From positions 6,057,337 to 6,121,336 of the forward strand of contig NC_052172.1 in the NCBI RefSeq assembly GCF_902713615.1: 64,000 nt of DNA, read 5' to 3'. The position numbers were made by a program, and so were the translations under genes. This DNA is from Scyliorhinus canicula. Lineage: Eukaryota. Below the pieces are notes generated by a model that worked only from the letters and a program-made list of their open reading frames with translations, was not told the DNA's origin and did no database searches. Shown one piece after another: positions 60,908 to 64,000 of the stretch (position 1 is its first letter; each line of letters opens with the position of its first letter).

Positions 60908-63900
60908 TTTGGTTTAGAAGAAGGTGAAATTTCAATCAGCTTTAAACAAAGGTTCTACTTGTAGGTACTTGCAACTGGAGCTTGTTAATTAGTTAATTGG
61001 ATTAGGCCCGTTTGCAGAGGCTAGATTCACAGGATAAAAAGGATCCAGCCACAGTGCAGACTTTGTTTGCACTGGAGTGCTGAACGTGGTGCATTTAAGT
61101 GCTATAGTCAGAGTTTGGTGACTCAGGGAGTATAAGGGTTCATTTTTATCTAAAATCTAGTCTTTTTTTATTTAATTTACTTCAAAGTTGCTGTTTGGTT
61201 TAGAAGAAGGTGAATTTTCAGTCAGCTTTAAACAAAGGTTCTACTTGTAGGTACTTGCATCTGGAGCTTGTTAGTTAGTTAATTAGATTAGACCAGTTTT
61301 CAGAGGCTAGATTCACAGTATAAAAATGATCCAGTTGTGTTCTATTAGTTGATTGCACAAGGGCACCGATTTGGGTAAGAGATGGAATGGGGTGGGGTGT
61401 GGTGGGGTTGTGAGGAAGAGCATTTTAAAAGAAAAAAAAAAGGGGCCTCACGGTAGCATGGTGGTTAGCATCAATGCTTCACAGCTCCAGGGTCCCAGGT
61501 TCGATTCCCGGCTGGGTCACTGTCTGTGTGGAGTCTGCACGTCCTCCCCGTGTGTGCGTGGGTTTCCTCCGGGGGCTCCGGTTTCCTCCCACAGTCCAAA
61601 GATGTGCGGGTTAGGTGGATTGGCCATGCTAAATTGCCCGTAGTGTAAGGTTAATGGGGGGATTGTTGGGTTACGGGTATATAGGTTACGTGGGTTTAAT
61701 TAGGGTGATCATTGCTCGGCACAACATCGAGGGCCGAAGGGCCTGTTCTGTGCTGTACTGTTCTATTAGTCTATTAGTGCAGAATCTGTTTGCACCGGAG
61801 TGCTGAATTTGGTGCATTTGAGTCCTATAGTCAGAGTTTGGTGATTGAGGGGATTAGGTGAGGAGGGAGCAAGGTACTCCTTTCATTTCATTTCCGCAAA
61901 GAGCGAGATGGGAGCCATGAGTTTACAGAGTGCAGCTGACTCGGAGCAGAATCGGAGGGTGGAGGCCCAGTTGGTCCACAGGGCAGCTATATTCTGTAAA
62001 GTAAGAAGGGATGGAGGCTAGAGCAGTTGCATACTCCTCCTGTAGGATGTGGGTTGTGAGGGATACCTCCGGTGTCCCCGCTGACTATACCTGCTGGAAG
62101 TCCACCAAACTCCAGCCCCTCAGAGACCGTGTTAGGGAACTGGAGCTGGAGCTGGATGAACTTCGGATCATCCGGGAGGCAGGGGGGTTATCGAGAAGAG
62201 TTAAGGGAGGTAGCCGCACCCAAGGTAGTGGACAAGAATAGCTGGGTTACAGTCAGGGGAAATAAAACCAACGGGCAGGCAGTGCAGGGATCCCTCGTGG
62301 ACGTTCCCCTTCAAAACAAGTATACCGTTTTGGATGCTGTTGGGAGGGGGGGGGGGATGACCTACTGGTGGAAGGCCCTAGCGGCCAGGTCCCTGACAGT
62401 GAGTCTGGCTCTGGGGCTCAGAAGGGAAGGGAGAAAATAGAAAAGCAATAGTAACAGGCGATTCAATGGTTAGGGGAATAGACAGGCGATTCTGTGGTTG
62501 CGAGTGAGACTCCCGGAAGGTATGTTGCCTCCAGGGTGCCAGGGCCAGGGATGTCTCGGATCGTGTCTTCAGGATCCTGAAGGGGGAGGGTGAGCAGCCA
62601 GAAGTCGTGGTGCACATTGGTACCAACGACGGAGGGAGGAAAAGGGGTGTGGAGGTAATAAACAAGTTTAGGGAGTTAGGCTGGAAGTTAAAGGACAGAA
62701 CAGACAGAGTTGTCATCTCTGGTTTGTTGCCGGTACCACGTGATAACGAGGCTAGGACTAGGGAGATAGTGCAGTTGAACACGTGGCTGCAGGAATGGTG
62801 TAGGAGGGAGTGCTTCAGGTATTTGGATAATTGGAGCGCATTCTGGGGAAGGTGGGACCTGTACAATCAGGACGGGTTGCATCTGAACCAGAGGGGCACC
62901 AATATCCTGGGGGGGGGAGGTTTTCTAGTACTCTTCGGGAGGGTTTAAACTAATTTGGCGGGGAATGGGAACCGGATTTGTAGTCCAGCAACTAAGGAAG
63001 CCGATATTCAGGAAGCCAAAGCGTGTAGTGACACAGTGGGGAAGGTAACACTGACAAAGGAGAGTACATGCAGGCAAGGAGATGGGTTGAAGTGTGTATA
63101 CTTCAACGCAAGAAACATCAGGAATAAGGTGGGTGAACTTAAGGCATGGATCGGTACTTGGGACTACGATGTGGTGGCCATCACGGAAACTTGGATAGAA
63201 GAGGGGCAGAAATGGTTGTTGGATGTCCCTGGTTATAGGTGTTTCAACAAGATTAGGTAGGATGTTAAAAGAGGTTGGTGGTGGCATTGTTAATTCGTGA
63301 TAGTATAACAGCTGTAGAAAGGCAGTTCGAGGAGGATCTGCCTACTGAGGTAGTATGGGTTGAAGTCAGAAATAGGAAAGGAACAGTCACCTGGTTGGGA
63401 GTTTTCTATAGGCCCCCAATAGCAGCAGAGATGTGGAGGAACAGATTGGGAAACATATTTTGGAAAGGTGCAGAAGTCACAGGGTAGTAGTCATGGGTGA
63501 CTGCAATTTCCCAAACATTGAGTGGAAACTCTTTAGATCAAATAGTTTGGATGCGGTGGTGTTTGTGCAGTATGTCCAGGAAGCTTTTCTAACACAGTAT
63601 GTAGATTTTCCGACCAGAGGGGAGGCCATATTAGACATGGTACTTGGTAATGAACCAGGGCAGGTGATAGATTTGTTAGTGGGGGAGCATTTTGGAGGTA
63701 GTGACCACAATTCTGTGACTTTCACTTCAGTAATGGAGAGGGATAGGTGCGTGCAACAGGGTAAGGTTTAAAACAGGGGGAAGGGTAAATACAATGCTGT
63801 CAGACAGGAATGGAATTGCATAAGTTGGGAACACAGGCTGTCAGGGAAGGAAACAAGTGAAATGTGGAACTTGTTCAAGGAACAGGTACTACGTGTCTTT

Positions 63901-64000
63901 GATATGTATGTCCCTGTCAGGCAGGGAAGAGATGGTCAAGTGAGGGAACCATGGTTGAAAAGAGAGGTTGAATGTCTTGTTAAGAGGAAGAAGGAGACTT
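60908..64000 (+). mobile_element. 5' part of a long CR1: tandem 5'UTR units, ORF1 (zinc finger/coiled coil + SGNH esterase) and ORF2 endonuclease; runs off the window end
   Basis: ORF1 MEARAV.YSSCRMW...YTCWK...LRDRVRELELELDELRII (62011), esterase VHIGTND...VISGLLPVP (62607-62948), EN LKCVYFNARNIRNK...VAITETW...VFYRPP...LDMVL..EP...GGSDHNSV; multiple stops and frameshifts. Confidence 0.9.
61442..61770 (+). mobile_element. HE1-like SINE nested in the CR1 5'UTR
   Basis: Near-identical to the 59573-59907 copy (ggggcctcacggtagc head). Confidence 0.92.

Noticed and set aside
1-64000. CRISPR arrays, rRNA genes, prokaryotic operons
   Set aside because: No regular repeat-spacer arrays or rRNA motifs; the sequence is eukaryotic, with spliced genes and retroelements.

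Overview
Repeat-dense vertebrate genomic DNA, most likely a cartilaginous fish (shark). The inference rests on HE1/V-type tRNA SINEs, esterase-ORF1 CR1 LINEs and a shark-type GPR139-like receptor. The window is part of a T-cell receptor V-gene array with three + strand V segments, each followed by a 23-bp-spacer RSS. V1 (7.4-8.5 kb) is a pseudogene, V2 (10.8-11.3 kb) is intact, and V3 (60.3-60.9 kb) is open but has an atypical leader. All three end in YYCAW(S/N) and resemble mammalian TRBV30 (compared from memory), so TCR beta is likely. No D, J or C segment was found. Between V2 and V3, on the - strand, lies a complete two-exon 322-aa GPR139/GPR142-like class A GPCR with an 18-kb intron. The V1 and V3 regions are copies of a multi-kb segmental duplication, and the 3' end of V1 looks converted by V2. 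Most of the rest is nested retroelements: CR1, L1/Tx1, Rex1/Babar, Gypsy remnants and solo LTRs, three SINE types, and Penelope-like remnants with degenerate hammerhead ribozyme motifs. Family names come from recalled motifs, not database searches. Most repeat boundaries are approximate (about +/-20-50 bp); V, RSS, GPCR exon and TSD coordinates were counted base by base.
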